A stretch of 64,000 bases of DNA from Leucoraja erinacea (GCF_028641065.1 NC_073384.1:53878001-53942000), one strand, 5' to 3'; numbered from the stretch's first letter, positions 11,590-25,876 are shown. Numbers and translations: made by a program. The notes: generated from the letters alone by a model not told the origin.

Positions 11590-14100
11590 GTGAGTGGTAG
11601 ATCTGCTGCATTGGTGCTGACGATGGCTGCCACGGAGTACTGCTCCTTGCTGTTTTGTCTGTTTGTTCGTTTGTGTCTTTTGAAGATCACTTTCATGAGA
11701 GAGGTACTCATTAACATCAGATATACGATATCGCCAACATTGTTCTGGATTTCTCTCACTCGCTGGATCATTTGGACATACTTGTCAGCGGGACTATAGC
11801 TGTGTTCAAGGTCTTGAGACGGAGGAGGACCCGGGGGAAGCGCTCTGGAGCAATCACCCGACTCCAGCGACGAGGATTACGCACACCGCCCCCGAGTGAA
11901 TTCCTTGCAAATCTACATTCTCTCAACAACAAAGTGGACAAACTGCAACTCCTGTGCAAAACAAACAAGGACTTCTCTCGAGAGGCTGCCCTGTGCTTCA
12001 CCGAGACCTGGCTGTGTGAGTCGACCCAGACAATGATCTGCATCTAGCTGGCTTTCACCTACATAGAGCGGACCGTGAAGTGGAGGAAGTGGAGAAATCA
12101 AGAGGCGGTGGAATATGCTTCTAAACTAATCAGGGCTGGTGCAGTGACATCACTGTACTGTCTAACTTCTGTTCTCCTAATCTGGACTATTTCTTTACAT
12201 GCAAGCCCTTTTATTCTCCGAGGGAATTTGCCTCTTATATTCTCGTTGGAGTTCACATCCCCCCCAAGCCTGCGTAGGTGAGGTGCAACCGCAACTCACT
12301 GCCCAGGTAATGAGAGTAGAGAGTGACTTCCTGGACTCCATGGTCATTGTTTAGGGGGATTTTAACAAGGCTAACTGAGAGCTTCCAAAATACAGATATC
12401 ACGTTACCTGCCCCACCAGAGGGGAGAGAACACTCGATCATTGTTATACTACAATCAAGAACGCATATTGTTCTGTTCCCCGTGCAGCTCTGGGACTCTC
12501 TGATTATTGTTTAGTTCACCTTGTTCCGACCTTCAGGCATAAACTAAAATCTGCTGAGCCTTTGGCAGAATAATGAAAAGTGGACAAGCGAGGGCATTGA
12601 AAACCTACAGTCCTGCTTTGACTGCACTGATTGGAATGTGTTCAGGGAAGCAACCACAAGCCTCGATGAATATACAGACACTGTGACATCATATCTCAGC
12701 TTTCCCACTAGGACGTGGATCAGGTTGAACAACGAGTAGCCCTGGATTACAGCAGAACTCAGACAGCTCCGCCAGCCTAAAGATGAGGCCTACATCTAGG
12801 AGTGGGGATGCAGACCTCTACAGGCAGGCGAAGTACAAGCTGAGTAGAGGAATCAGTGCTGCCAAGGAAAGGTACTCTGAGAAGTTGAGGAGCAAGTTCT
12901 CAGCTAATGACTCTTCTTCAGTGTGGAAGAGCTTGCACATCTTCAGTGCAGAAGGGCTTGCCAGAAATCACCAGCTACGAGGAAAAACCACCGCTGCTTG
13001 GACAATCGTCAGCTGACCAACGACCTGAACGAGTGCTTCTACAGGTTCGATAGACAGAAACAAAACCCCCTCCCCCCCTCCCACTCCTCCCCAATCACCA
13101 CTCCACACCTACTTACAGCCTGACTCCAGTCTGCAAAGAATGGACCACTCCCCAAGCTCCCTCCCCAATCATCACTTCACACTCACTTACAACCTGACAC
13201 CAGTCTGCAAAGACTGGGCCCTTGTCCACTACCCACCCCTCCTTACTGCCTCACATCAGTCTGGCCACTTCTCCATCACTAACAATAAAAATTGAGGAGG
13301 TGGAAAAGCTATTCAGGAGACAGCATAATCGGAAATCTCCGGGACTATGTCGGACTAGTCGGAAATCTCCCCCTCTACCCTCAAGCTCTGACAACATTTT
13401 CAACCAGTCCCTGCAAACCTGCACCGTCCCCGCCTGTTTCAAAGTCTCCACTATTGTTCCTGTATCCAAAAAACCTAGGATTACTGGTCTTAAAGACTAC
13501 AGTCCTGTTGCACTGACCTCTGCAATCATGAAGCCTTGAAAGACTTGTGCTGGCACACCTGAAAAATACCACAAACCCCATGCTGGGCCCCCTGCAGTTT
13601 GCAATAGATCAGTGGGTGACGCAGTCAACCTAGGCCTGCATTTCATCCTCAAGCACTTAGACCACCAGGGGACTCGTTTTTCGTTTGTGGATTTTAGCTC
13701 GGTATTCAACACCATTGTGCCAGAGCTACTACACTCCAAACTCTCCCAGTTGACTGTGCCTCAACCCCTCTGTAAGTGGATCACCAACTTCCGAGTAGAC
13801 AGGAAGCAGCATGTGAGGCTGGGAAAGTGCATCTTGGACCCGCTGACCCTCAGCATAGGAGCACCACAAGGCTGCATACTCTCCCCTCTCCTCTACTCTC
13901 TCTACACCGATGACTGCAGCTCCAAAGATTCCTCTGTCAAGCTTCTCAAGTTTGCGGACAACACAACCCTGATTGGACTGATGCAGGATGGGGAGGAATC
14001 TGCCTACAGAAAGGAAGTGACACAGCTGACATCCTGGTGCCATCGCATCAACCTGGAGCTCAATGCTCTTACAACAGTGGAATTGATTGTAGACTTTTGT
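11590..14100 (+). mobile_element. Rex1/Babar LINE, 5' end through RT, frameshifted and 3'-truncated
   Basis: RRRTRGKRSG...LANLHSLNNKVDKL...LCFTETWL (APE domain), VPACFKVSTIVPV.KK...DYSPVALTS, FVDFSSVFNTI, GAPQGCILSPLLYSLYT and LKFADNTT. Confidence 0.93.
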
Positions 14101-15149
14101 TAATCCTGGCTGAAATCAAGCAGCCACAGTACCTACACTTTAATATGGACTTATGTATTGCTAGGCCATTTTGGTCATTTTGGTCACATACATCTCTCTG
14201 TAGAAATGGGACAAACCTCTGATGGTGCCAGCAAGTCTGGGGCCCAGATCAATGTTGCATTGTCAGTTGACAGATGGCTGAGATTTCTGCAAGAAACATC
14301 ATAGGAAATGTAAAATGCACGAGGTTAATTGGTTCTCTGCAAGAGCCTTGTATATATTGTAAATAATGTTGCGAGACAGTTATCCTGTTAAGTGTTGATT
14401 GGTTGAAATGTTAAACCCTGTCTGGTTTGTTTGAATCCCAGGGTAAATGTTGCATATTCAAGGTTCTGTTAGCCTCTTCTGGAAGCTTCACCTGCAAAAA
14501 TGTAAGAAGGTTCTGTAATTGGCTGGAATACCTGTCAGTAATGTATTATTGTAATTTGTTACACTTGATTGGATTGTGAATGTACCACCCAACTGTAGTT
14601 CGGCCCCTCAAAATTTGAAAACTGACCTGGTGTTTTTATCATCTCACCCTCAGACAGACAGACAAATATGGGAAGGATTGATAACAGTATGAAGGAAAGA
14701 ACAGAACTTGACAAAGATCCGGTATTATAGAATATGAATTAGATGAAATTTCAAAGAACCGTGAGAGATGGTGAAAAAGAACAGGGAATCAGGAAGTGCA
14801 AGGACAAAGCTTCCCTTCAAGGAGTCAAGGCTAACCACCTAGAGAAGAGTTACTGGAGAAGATAGGGGTGGCATTGAATTAGAAGTACCAGGGGAGTGGG
14901 AACTTGTTTTTCAGAGAAAGTCCATATGGCTCGTCAAAAGGCACACAGCAAGAACTCCAGGAAATAATTCAATTTTCACATTGCAGTTTATAGATGAATA
15001 TTTCTTGGTCCCAGCCATACAACTCAGCAAGACTCATTACTGCAGTATGTCTGAAGAGATATTGCAGCCAGAGCAAGTTCTCAGTGAAGCTATGCAGTCA
15101 TTCTATAATCAGACATCTGAAAAATTATCAATTACCCAAGAATTTTTAA

Positions 15150-15750
15150 ATGGGAACTAAATAATGATTACGTGTTATATCAGGAAAATAATTCTGGGCA
15201 AGGTACATGGTAAATACAATGGCATTAAGGGCATTGTCAGATAATTTGTGAGTAGGGTACATATTAATAAAGAACTGAGAGAGGCAGTGCATATGTGAAC
15301 AATTTGCCAGCAATACTGAAGAACAACACAGTCACAAACATAGAAACGTTGAATTGACCATTCCAATCAGTCCGCATTGATTTTTGCCAAAGGGGACCGA
15401 TTATATCCTATTGATCATTGATGCACATTCAGAATGGATTGAAGTCAGACATGTAGGTATTAACACTTCCGATAATATGCCATTGAAGAGTTGAGGGAGA
15501 GCCTTGTTGTACTGAGTACTGGCAGAAGTAGTGTTCAAAAAAGTACCACAAATCATAATTGCTTGAGATTTTTATCTGATATAATGACACCAAACATCTC
15601 TTAATTTCTTACCATTCTGTTTCTAATGGGGCAGGTTTGAAAATGTTTTGAAAGTTCTGAAGAAGCACTTGTTTTAAGGTTATTCTAGCTTCACAATAAA
15701 CTATTGATTAGCTAGTTTCTTGTTTGGATGCCTTACTGTCCAGAGTCGAG
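15150..15750 (+). mobile_element. Very old Gypsy pol (integrase) relic
   Basis: gtccgcattgattt(t)tgcc reads VRIDFA. ttgatcattgatgcacattcagaatggattgaagtc reads LIIDAHSEWIEV (compare IIDAHSKWIEV). taccattctgtttctaatggggca reads YHSVSNGA (compare YHPASNG). The relic probably extends further on both sides. Confidence 0.7.
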
Positions 15751-16391
15751 TAATGGTTTTCGTCTGACAGAGCTGGTAATGCATCATGGTCTTCCTACGT
15801 ATTCAAGCTTGGTGTAACCTAGTTTTGGGGGTGAGTTGAGAGGCACCAGTTGAAAGGAGAAACTTTTTTGACTGACTGAAATCAGCAAGCAAGTATGAGG
15901 TTCAGCTCTGGGATCTTGGTTGTGAATATCATAAGCATAGTTTGAAAAGATCGTTAGTTCCCATTCAAATTCATATTTGAAATATCTAGTTTGATTTAAT
16001 AATCACAACAAGGAGAAAAGCTGTAGACTGGTATAAAAAGAATGATGAATCTATTCCTGACATTCCTACACAATTTATTGCTGCTGAAGCTTTACGGAAC
16101 ACATGTTTTTTGAAAAGGGAAATGAGTATGGTATATTTATGGATTATGTGAACTGGGTAATGAGGTCAGAGTAGTTGGTGTTATCATCACATATATACGG
16201 TGTAAACAATACATGTTATTTACTGTTAGAGTGAAAAATGAATCCCAGGTTTGAAGCTCCTGTGCCCTGTAACTGTTATTGGAAGTAGAATTTACCAGAA
16301 TACCAGCCATGCCCAAGGTCAATGTTGAAAGACTTTCACTTATGACCCAAGTTCTGTGAAGGATTGAGATTTGGAATTAAAGCCCGAATTT

Positions 16392-16695
16392 GGGCGACAC
16401 AGTGCCACAGTGGTAGAGCTGCTGTCTCACAATGCCAGAGACCCGAGATTGATCCTGACTATAGGTGCTGTCTGTGCAACGTTTGTACGTTCTCCCTGTG
16501 ACTGCATAGGCTTTCTGCATGGCGCTCCCACGTTCCAAAGACGCACAGGTTTGTAGATTAATTGGCTTCGCTAAATTACTCATCCTTTTGTGTAGGATGC
16601 AAAAGTGCGGTAACATTGAACTAGTGTATAGGTGACCGATGGTTGACATAGATTTAGTGGGCCAAAGACCCTACTTCCATGCTGTATCTCTAAAT
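16392..16695 (+). mobile_element. HE1/V-SINE (tRNA head, V domain, CR1-type tail)
   Basis: tRNA-like head, tttgtacgttctccctgtgactgc V-domain core, and tail ...gctgtatctctaaa. Confidence 0.85.
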
Positions 16696-16833
16696 TTATG
16701 TAAGCAGTGACATGCATCAGTTAAACTACATGGTTTATGAGAGAAGTAATAAACAGATTTCAAGTGACGAGGATTAATAATGACCTGAAACTAATGGAAT
16801 GAATTGCGTTTGGTTGTAGGTGACATTGCCATA

Positions 16834-16880
16834 AGAGAGAGAGAGAGAGAGAAAGAGAGAAGGAGAGGGAGAGAGAGAGA
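16834..16880 (+). repeat. (GA)n microsatellite
   Basis: Imperfect GA run immediately 5' of a Rex1 copy. Confidence 0.9.
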
Positions 16881-16884
16881 AATA

Positions 16885-17957
16885 TCAAAAATATCACTAA
16901 CCTGGGCCTGCACTTCATCCTCCAGCACCTAGACCACCAGGGTCTATGCGAGGATTTTGTTTGTTGATTTTAGCTCTGCATTCAACACCATTGTGCCAGT
17001 GCTACTAACTCCAAACTCCAATTTGACTGTGCTTGAACCCCTCTGTCAGTGGATCACCAGCTTCCTGACAGACAGAAAGCAGCATGTGAGGCTGGGAAAG
17101 CACATCTTGGACCCGCAGACCCTCAGCATAGGAGCACCGCAAGGCTGCGTACTCTCCCCTCTCCTTTACTCTCTCTACACCAACGACTGCATCTCCACAG
17201 ACTCCTCTGTCAAGCTTCTCAAGTTTGCGGATGACATAACCCTTATTGGACTGATCCAGGATGGGGAAGAATCTGTCTAAAGACTGGAAGTGACACAGCT
17301 GGCGTTCTGGTGCCATCGCAACAATCTAGAGCTCAATGCTCTTAAGACAGTAGAATTGATTGTGGACTTTAGGAGAGCTCCCCCTCCCCTCACCCCTCTC
17401 ACTATCAACAACTCCACAGTCACAGCTGTGGAGTATTTTAAGTTCCTGGGAACCATCATCTCCAAGGACCTTAAATGGGGGGCCACCATCGACTTCACAG
17501 TCAAAAAGGCCCAACAGAGGATGTACTTCCTGCAGCAACTGAGGAAACACAATCTGCCACAGGCAATGATGGTCTAACTCTACATGGCCATTGTAGAGTC
17601 TGTCCTCACCTTCTCCATCATGGTCTGGTTTGGCTCAGCCACCAAGCACGACATCCGGAGGCTGCAGCGAATCGTCTGATCAGCTGAAAAAGTTGTTGAC
17701 TGCAACCTTCCCTCCATTGACAAACTGTACACTGCAAGGGCCAGGAAGCGAGTGGGCAAGATCATCTCTGACACCTCTCACCCAGGCCACAACCTCTTTG
17801 AATCACTTCCCTCTTGAAGGCAACCAATTAATGTTTAATGTTTTATGTGTCATTCTTAATTGTCACTGTATATCGTTTTGTTACTTGCGAGCGGAGCACC
17901 AAGGCAAATTCCTTGTATGTGAACATACTTGGCCAATTAACTTATTCATTCATTCAT
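16885..17957 (+). mobile_element. 5'-truncated Rex1/Babar LINE (RT to 3' tail)
   Basis: FVDFSSAFNTI, GAPQGCVLSPLLYSLYTNDC, LKFADD, KTVELIVDFRR, FKFLG and KKAQQRMYFL. (attc)n tail at ~17944-17957. Same family as 11590-14100. Confidence 0.94.
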
Positions 17958-17959
17958 CC

Positions 17960-19320
17960 CATATGTCGGCATTTGGCCCTTAGCCTTCCAGACCCTTCTT
18001 GATTTATCTGTCCAAATGTTTTTTAAAAGTCATCAACTGTATTTCTTTCTATAGCTTTCTATTTCTTTCTATAGCAAATGCAGACTGCCGTTATTGCAGA
18101 TGCAGGGTGAAAAAGTTACCCCAGGGATTCCTCTTAAGTTTCTCCTCTCTCACCTTAAGCCAATGCACTATAGTTTGGGAATTCTTTATCCTGGGAAATA
18201 GATTGTGAGTGATGACTTTATACTGTACATGCCCCTCTTAATCTTGCACACCTCAGTAAAGTTAACCCTCAGCCTCCTACACTCTAGACAAGAACGTCTG
18301 CTCTTATCCACCCTCTCCCTATAACTCAAGCCTGCAAGCCCAGGCAACATCCTGGTGAACCTCTTCTGCACCCTTTCCAACTTAAGGATATCCTTCCTAT
18401 AGCCGGGCAACCAGAACTGCACATAAATTGGCTCGACAACAACTTGCACAGCGGCATTTTGATGTTCCAACTTTTATATTCAGCACCCTTCCCAACGAAA
18501 GCAAGCATGCCGAATGCCTGCAGAATACCACACTGTCCAACTGACTCGCCCCTTTTAGAGAACCATGCACCTGTATTCCCAGATACCTCTGCTCTGCATC
18601 ACTCTCCAGAGCCTATCATTTACTGCTTAAGTTTGCCATATCAAAGTTCAATGCCTCACACTTGTCACAGTTAAATCCCATTTACCATTCCTTGGCACAC
18701 CTTCTCAACTGATCTCCATCCTGTTGTAAACTTCTTCACTGTCCACTATCTGCAAATGTACTAACAATGTTAACTGCATTGTCATCAAAATTGTTAATGT
18801 ATATAATCAAAAGCAGTAGGCTCAGCAGTAAACCTGGAGCACACCACTGGTCACAGGCCTTCAATTAAAAAAGTATCTCTCCACAACTACCCTTTTACTG
18901 CTAATGTTGAATCTAAGAGGCTAGTTCACCTTGCATTCTGTGATCTAACCTTCCAGCTAAGCCTACTGTGAAGAACCTTGTCAAAAAGCCTTGCTATTGT
19001 CCACGTCGACAACGCCCACTGCTATGAACATCAGTTCCCTGGTTTGCCCATTTACCCTTCTTAAATAACGGTATCAATTAGCCACCATTCACGCTTTCAG
19101 GACTTCAGCTGTGGCTAAAATTGATGCAAACATCTCTGGGAGGTCCTCAGCAATATCTTCCCATGAGGTCCAATGATGTACTTGGTCAGAGCTGGGAGAT
19201 ATTTCATCCTTAATGCACTTTCAAATCACTAAAACCTCCTCTTTGATAATTTGTACCTGATCTAAGACATCACGACTCCTAGGCCTTAAATCCTTAGCTC
19301 CCTTACTTCTCTCACATTCA
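17960..19320 (-). mobile_element. Degenerate CR1 LINE (RT and 3' end, internally deleted)
   Basis: YVQFWLPGYRKDILKLERVQKRFTRMLPGL and MLAFVGKGAEYKS. An (F)DKVL motif lies at ~18970-18990. Confidence 0.85.
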
Positions 19321-19546
19321 CACAAATGGGAGCTTGCTGTTGGTTTAACATAATAATAATTATTCTGCACTGGATGATTTACCTTGAGAAATAAAGCAAA
19401 TTCTCGTCTATTGAGAAATAGAGAAGATCGGTTACTGTTGACCTTTATTGGCTTGGGAAGGATTAATCTCCAAGATAAACTTGGTAAAATGCTTTTTTTG
19501 AACCAATCCTTATTTTTATTCATAACCTACTTTAGATTCACCCTTG

Positions 19547-19645
19547 GTAGACAAAATTGCTGGAGAAACTCAGCGGGTGAGGCAGCATCTATAGAGCGAA
19601 GGAAATAGGCAATGTTTCGGGTCGAAACCCTTCTTCAGACTGACA

Positions 19646-19678
<33 letters not shown>

Positions 19679-19965
19679 AAGGAAGGAAGGAAGAAAGAAG
19701 TGGAGCCAGAGGGCTGAGGGTGAGCTGAGAAGGGGAGGAGAAAGTAAGGACTACCTGAAATTAGAGAAGTCAATGTTCATACCGCTGGGGTGCAAACTGC
19801 CCAAGCGAAAAATGGGATGCTGCTCCTCCTATTTATGATGGCCCTTACTCTGGCCATGGAGGAGGCCCAGAGCAGAAAGGTCGGATTCGGAATGGGAAGG
19901 GGAGTTGAAGGGCTGAGCCACCGGGAGATCAGGTTGGTTATTGCGTACTGAGCGGAGGTGTAGGG
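19547..19965 (-). mobile_element. Penelope-like element 3' fragment with minimal hammerhead (~19608-19641)
   Basis: Homologous to 42965-43384. The minus strand reads agtCTGAAGAagggtttcgacccGAAAcatt. Confidence 0.9.
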
Positions 19966-20449
19966 CCTTCTTCACTTTTAAACATTAGGATGAATAATAC
20001 CGATTCACAATTATTTGTGAATATAACAAAAGGTCAGGGTATTTCATCTTCCTCCCCCCCGTCTTGTTTAAAGGCTCAATTTTACTCTATATTCTCTGTT
20101 TATATTCTGGAAATGTTTGTGCTGGAATGTATTTCAGTTGCTAAAGAGCCACACAGGAAGACTAGATGTGATCTTATGCTGCAGTGTCAATTTAGCCCAT
20201 TGTAGCATTTTGTTAAGTAATTGAAGCCAGTACTAAGAACAGCCACCAAAGATCGACTCAATAGTTGGCTACTTTTTAAAATGTTTATTAAAGTTCTTTA
20301 TAGTAGTACTTCGAGTCTGCTGGAGAGAAGGTGGGGGCCGGGGGGTGGCGTGGGAAGCTGGAGCGATAAGCAACCGGGGAGGTGTTGCAAGCCGGGTGTG
20401 GAGGCATGGGCATCTGAGGCTTATTCTTCTAATGTTTGAGGCAGCAGAG

Positions 20450-21531
20450 GTCCACAGCAGGGTGATGCCATCCACTTCCACATGCGTAGGTACCCGCCCT
20501 AAAAAGGGCGCATGCTCCGGGTTGGCGCCAAGCTGCTGCTGTCTCTGTTTGTTGTTGTTCGCCTGACTGAGTTCGGTAGACAGGGCTCAATATGGGGAGG
20601 TTGACTTCTCCCTCAAGGAGGGTGAGTTCGTGTGCATTAGCACAGTTGGCGGCTCAATGCCTCAGGGGAGGATTGTATTCAGGGTGTCCCCCCAGGTTCT
20701 GGCGATGCACTTTATCCAAGGAGCCGGTCAAGGGATACGCGGAGTCGATGGTGTGCATTCTGCTGGGGATGCCCCACAGCTTTGGCGTGGAAGGGCATCG
20801 ACCAGGCCCCTCCTCCGCCGGCAGAGGGCGACGGCCTGGTCGTGAGGGCAGCCGGCCCTTGTCCCACCCCACTGGGTGTCGGGGGGGCTCAAACCTGTGG
20901 AGTAATTGCGTTTGAGCAAACCCCCGATCAGCCGGAAGTATTTGTCAGCCACTTGCGCCATAATCCTTCCCGGGTGCCGGTCCCACACAACTTGGGCCGC
21001 CTTTCCTCGACACCCTTCACCTCTCTCCAAGACGCAGGGAAGCGTGTCCTGTTCGGGCTCCTCCTCCACACCCTGCACTTCCTCGCTCTGGTCCACCGTC
21101 CGGACACCAAGTGGCGGTCAGTGTTGCCTTCCGTTTGCGAGGGGGGGTGCCCCGGTGGGTGTCCCTCTATGTAGTGATTCTGCCCCTTTACATTGAGACC
21201 TAGGCTGGAGGGTATTGCACCGATGTGTTCCCTGCAACTTGTTTCTCTCGCGGTTCACAGACTCGCCAGCCGCCTGCCACTTTTGCAGGCTGGAAGAGTC
21301 TTTGTACCACGTGTAAATGGAATCTGTGAGGCTGCAGTCACTGTTCCAATACATAAAGGGGCTGTGAGGGGGGTTGAGTGTATCCTGGACAATTTAGTTG
21401 TTTAGTAATTTACTTGGTATATTTGTTTTGTCTTGTACTATGGTGGTGGGTTCTGTTTTGTTTTATTGTGTTATAAATAATATTTTAATGTTTGAATAAA
21501 TATTTTTGATTTAAAAAACAAATTAAAAAAA
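20450..21531 (+). mobile_element. Degenerate Tx1 (L1-group) LINE ORF2 C-terminal part with poly(A)
   Basis: LPLKEG...VCIST, HNLGRLS...LFGLLLHTLHFLALVHRPDTKWRSVLP, DLGWRVLH and a CHFC..EES..H zinc-knuckle remnant. AATAAA at 21495 and an A-rich tail at 21513-21531. The 5' limit is uncertain. Confidence 0.8.
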
Positions 21532-21683
21532 TGGGAAGGTCGACAACATGAGTCCCGGCACCCGAGGCCATAAGTGGCTGGAGTGGCGGTGTGATCCAGT
21601 GGCAGCGTCGGGAGCTGTTCATCGGTCTGCCCGCTATAACCAAAATCCATTATAAAGAGGTCCATTAAAACACGAATCTACTG
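21532..21683. mobile_element. Possible Tigger/pogo-type MITE terminus
   Basis: Repeated cc(g/a)(c/t)tataa subterminal motifs ending ...ctactg followed by TA. The partner end was not clearly found. Confidence 0.4.
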
Positions 21684-22231
21684 TACTAATATTGATTTTA
21701 AGCTCCATTTAAGGGGACACATTTTCTCTTCAGTTCCAAGAGATGAGCACCTCCGAAACAGAAACTTACTGTCAACAGCCAATCATGTGGCACCTCTTGG
21801 AGGAAGTCATTTGAGACCTTAAAAATGCTAACAAAAGAAAAGGAATATTTGGCCCTGGTCATCTTGCTAGGTCACTCCAAGTCTAGGCAAGGGTTTGGAG
21901 GAGTCCGTAAGGCAAAAACAGGAGAAACTGACGCATAATAGTAACCCACGGAGGAAAGGTGGTAAAACAGATCACTCATCTCTTCAATCATGAACTTCCA
22001 GCGCTGTATCCAAAAAACAAAGGATCCTTTATCTTTGTCTTGAGCATATCCTACGACATGTACTGTGCACTGAACTGTGCAATAGTCCACATATACTGCA
22101 CTATGGTGTTTGCATCAACTGAGTATTGAAGCTGTATATTTCTGGTTTAGTCACATACAGCATTGAAACAGTCTTTTTGGCACATTATGTCCATACACCC
22201 ATCCACGTTAATCCTAATTTTCCTTTCATGT

Positions 22232-22469
22232 TATAGCGGGGACTCCAGGAGTCCAGCCAACAATGCGGAGAAAACGAGTTATGTGAACAAAATGGTGTTT
22301 ATTACTGCACTGTGCTGCTTCCAACTCCAACCACGTGACCGGGCGTGACCCAAACTAAAATACCCTGGGTCGGATCCCATGACCCAATGCCTCCCACTCC
22401 GAGACACTCAACTCCTCCCTGCTGAGCTGAGGGTTCTCTATCGGTGGCTAGCCACCAGGTACCGCCACA
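22232..22469 (-). repeat. 3' LTR of the Gypsy element
   Basis: Direct repeat of 25877-26100, reading T(A)TAGCGG...CCGCCACA on the + strand. Confidence 0.93.
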
Positions 22470-25400
22470 TGACCGTCCCCAGAAGCGGAGGCACTGAAAC
22501 GGACGGGACGCCGAACAAGGCGGCCTGACCGCGTAAACAGGTCCGCTCGAACAGGGTCCTTGACCCGCCCGGAAGAACATACAGGAACCCGCGATGAGGA
22601 GGCTGGGCCACCCGATCTGGCTCGATCAAGTCTGAGCTGGCTTAAGGCGCGACACGGACACGATCTCTTGACGGCCCCCCACATCCAGAACAAATGTTGC
22701 TGTCTAATGCCGCAGCACCTGAAAGGGACATTCATAGGGCCGTTGCAAGGGCAAACGGTGAGTGTCATGGCGCAAAAAGACGTAAGGGGAGTCCGCCAGA
22801 GCCGCTAGCACATGGAAAGGGGCCATGCCATCCCAAGAGGTCAGGATGGGAGACGGTGCCGACTCTCTCCCGTAAGTGCAGCAGCATGGAGGACGGAGGT
22901 TCCCGGAACCCATCAGAGGCCGGGACGAACTCTCCCGTGATGGTGAGCAGGAGCGCCACACACCAACTCTGCCGAGGATGATGCCAAATCCTTCTTAGAG
23001 GCAGCCCAAATCCCCAACAACACCCATGGCCATCACGGACCACAGCTCGGATGTGAACTGGACGACCCTGTCTGGTGATATCGATGGGAACCCCGAAGCG
23101 GGCAATCCAGTTTGCCACAAGGGCCCGAGCGCACGACTGGGCGGAAGTGTCTACGAGCGGGATGGCCTCCGGCCACCGTGTAAAACGATCTACCACCAAT
23201 AGTAGATGTGACACACCCAGGGATGGTGGCAGTGGCCCCACAATGTCCACGTGGACGTGGTCGACCCACCGGTGTGGCACCGAGAATTCCTGTATTGGTG
23301 CACAGACGTGCCAATGTATATTGGACGACTGACACGGGATGCACATCCGTGCCCAGCGATCGACATGCTTCCACAGACCGTGCCAGATTAATCTTGCCGC
23401 CACCATGGCAACCGTAGCCCAGATCGACGGGTGGGCCAGGCCGTGGATCACCTCGAAAACATGACGGCGCCAGGACCACCCGGCCGCGGCTGTCCCGTGG
23501 ACACGTCGCATAAAATGGAACCACCCGAGGGATCCAACAGCACGTCTTCCAGCACCAATCCGGAGATTGCGGTGCAGTAATCTGGTCTTTCTTCGTTCAG
23601 CTGCGCCGCCGTCAAGGCGGAGTAGCCTATACTGACAGCCAGGTTGAGCACGACTGCGATCTCCGTGCGGGACAAGGCGATGTGCCGGACGTCAGTGGTG
23701 TATTCCGATATGGCTGTCAGCTGTTGCTGCTGGCGGGCAGGCCACGGATACAAGACCTTGGCGAACGTGAATGTGAGGGGCTTATGGTCCGTGAAGGCCA
23801 CGAAGTGCCGGCCCTTCAAGAAGTACCGGAAATGCCACAGCGCGAGTTGTAAGGCGAGCAATTCCCGGTCAAAGGCACTGGAGCGACACTCCGCTGGGTT
23901 CAGCTGTCGGCTGAAGAAGATGACAGGCCGCCATTGACCCACTACCCCAGGATCCCACGGACTGTGGAGTCAGAGGCATTCACGGTAAGAGCTGTGTGAG
24001 CATCTGTTCGTGGGTGCACTAGCATGACCGCCAGAGCCAGGGCAATCTTTGCCCCTTTGAACACTGCCACAGAGACGGCATCCCAATGGACCTCCTGCCA
24101 CTTGCCAGACATCAATTGGAACAGTGTCCACATATCTTAGCCACCGCTGGAATGAACCAGTGATAGAATGTCACCATGCCCACGAACTAGTGAAGTCCTC
24201 GTTCCGTGGAAGGCCGCGGAAACTGGCGTATGGCCTGCGCGGAGTTCGGAGTTCTTGAGGTTGAATCGCAGTCTTGGGGACATCGTCCGATCACACGGGG
24301 ATTTGGTGGTACCCGCAGACTAAGTCGATCTTTGAAAAATACTTTGCCCAGCCAGATGAGCTGTGAAGTCCTGAATGTGAGGAATCGGGTACCGGTCGGA
24401 AGTCATAACCTCATTAAGGTGGCGATAGTCCCCACAAGGCCGCCAGCCCCTAGAAGCCTTCGGTACCATGTGTAGCCTGGAGTCCCATGGGCTGTTGGAG
24501 CGCCGGACAATGCCCATGGCCTCCAAGTTGCAAAATTCCACCTTCGCAATTTGAGGCTTGTTGGGCGCAAGCCTGCGGGCGCAGGCATGGAGCGGTGGGC
24601 CCGAGGTGAGAATGTGGTGCTCAACCCTGTGTTTCGGGCTGGCCGAGCCAAACTCCAGTGTAACAATGTCCAGAAACTCGGCCGGACCTGGGCGTAAATG
24701 TTATCCACCGTTGCCACCATATTGCTGTTCGACGGTGCGGGCTCAATAGGGCGCTGGCTGGCAATAGTTCTCGCTGGCACTTCACATCCACTAGGAGCTC
24801 TTGCACTCGCAATAAATCTGCGCCCAGCAGCGGCTGGGACACGTCGACAATGACAAAAGTCCAGATGAAATGGCACGCGCCCAATATAATGGGAATAGTA
24901 CGGATGCCGTAGGTGCGGATGGGACTCCCGTTCGCTGCGGTCACGAGGGGGCCCCGCTTACCGGCCCGCGTGTCCGCTCTGGAAGGATGCAAAACACTAA
25001 CTTCTGCTCCCGTGTCCACCAGGAACCTACGCCCAGAGCACAGGTCCCAGGCATACAGACAATGGATTTCGCCAGCCACCGCAGTGCCTACCGGCGGCCT
25101 GCTCTGAAGTTCCCTAGGAACGCACATGGTTGGCGGCATTGGCTGGCTGCTTCCCCCCAGCGTTGGTGGTAAATGCACCATATACTTCTCTTCTGTGCCA
25201 CCTGTCTGGTCTGTGCCTCTTGTGGCTGTGGTTCTGTGTCGCTGGGCCTTCCAGGGCGCTGAATCGATGTGGTACAGCGACTCCAGCAATTCCAAGGATT
25301 CGAGCACACCCACCTGCTGCTGATCGGACAGCCACAGCTTGTCGGCGCACGCCGCTAGTCTGAGCGGGTCTTCGAAGCTCTCCCCCGAATGTCGCATGGC

Positions 25401-25861
25401 AACTGCTGCAGGTAAGTATATTCAAATAGAAGGCAGGGCCGGTTGTCACCCATGAGCGTGAGCATCTCGCTCATGAGGGCCAAGGGCTTCCGGTCACCGA
25501 GCCCGCCCATGTTGAGGACTCGCGCCGCCCGCTCCATGCGGCTCAGCCCATAGATCCGGAGCAGCAGTTCCTCGAGGCCTGCGTACTTAACCGACGCTGG
25601 CGGATTATCGAGGTACGGCACGACCCGACCGGCCATTTCCTGGTCGAGAACCCCTACCACGTAATGGTACCAGGTCTCGTTGACCATTACGCCGCGGACG
25701 TGAAACTGGGATTCCACCTGACGAAAGCAAACCCCCGGCTGCGAGGCCCAAAAGGTATGCAGCTTCAGGACTATCGTGTTGAGCTTGGCCTCGTAGGCGG
25801 CCGCAGCGGGTTGAGCGCTGTATATTTTTGCGTGAACTTTGTCCGGGATTCTACTTCTGGT

Positions 25862-25875
25862 CGTCGGGGTCACCA
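25862..25875 (-). promoter_or_regulatory. Primer-binding site complementary to tRNA-Trp
   Basis: The minus strand reads TGGTGACCCCGACG, the complement of the tRNA-Trp 3' end ...CGTCGGGGTCACCA, one base inside the 5' LTR boundary. Confidence 0.88.
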
Positions 25876-25876
25876 G

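Noticed and set aside
13620-17370. Idea that the two Rex1 pieces are one element split by the Gypsy relic
   Set aside because: They overlap by ~480 bp of the same RT region with many differences, so they are independent copies.
21513-21600. Tx1 target specificity (e.g. U2 snRNA as in Keno elements)
   Set aside because: The sequence after the poly(A) does not resemble U2, tRNA or a microsatellite target.
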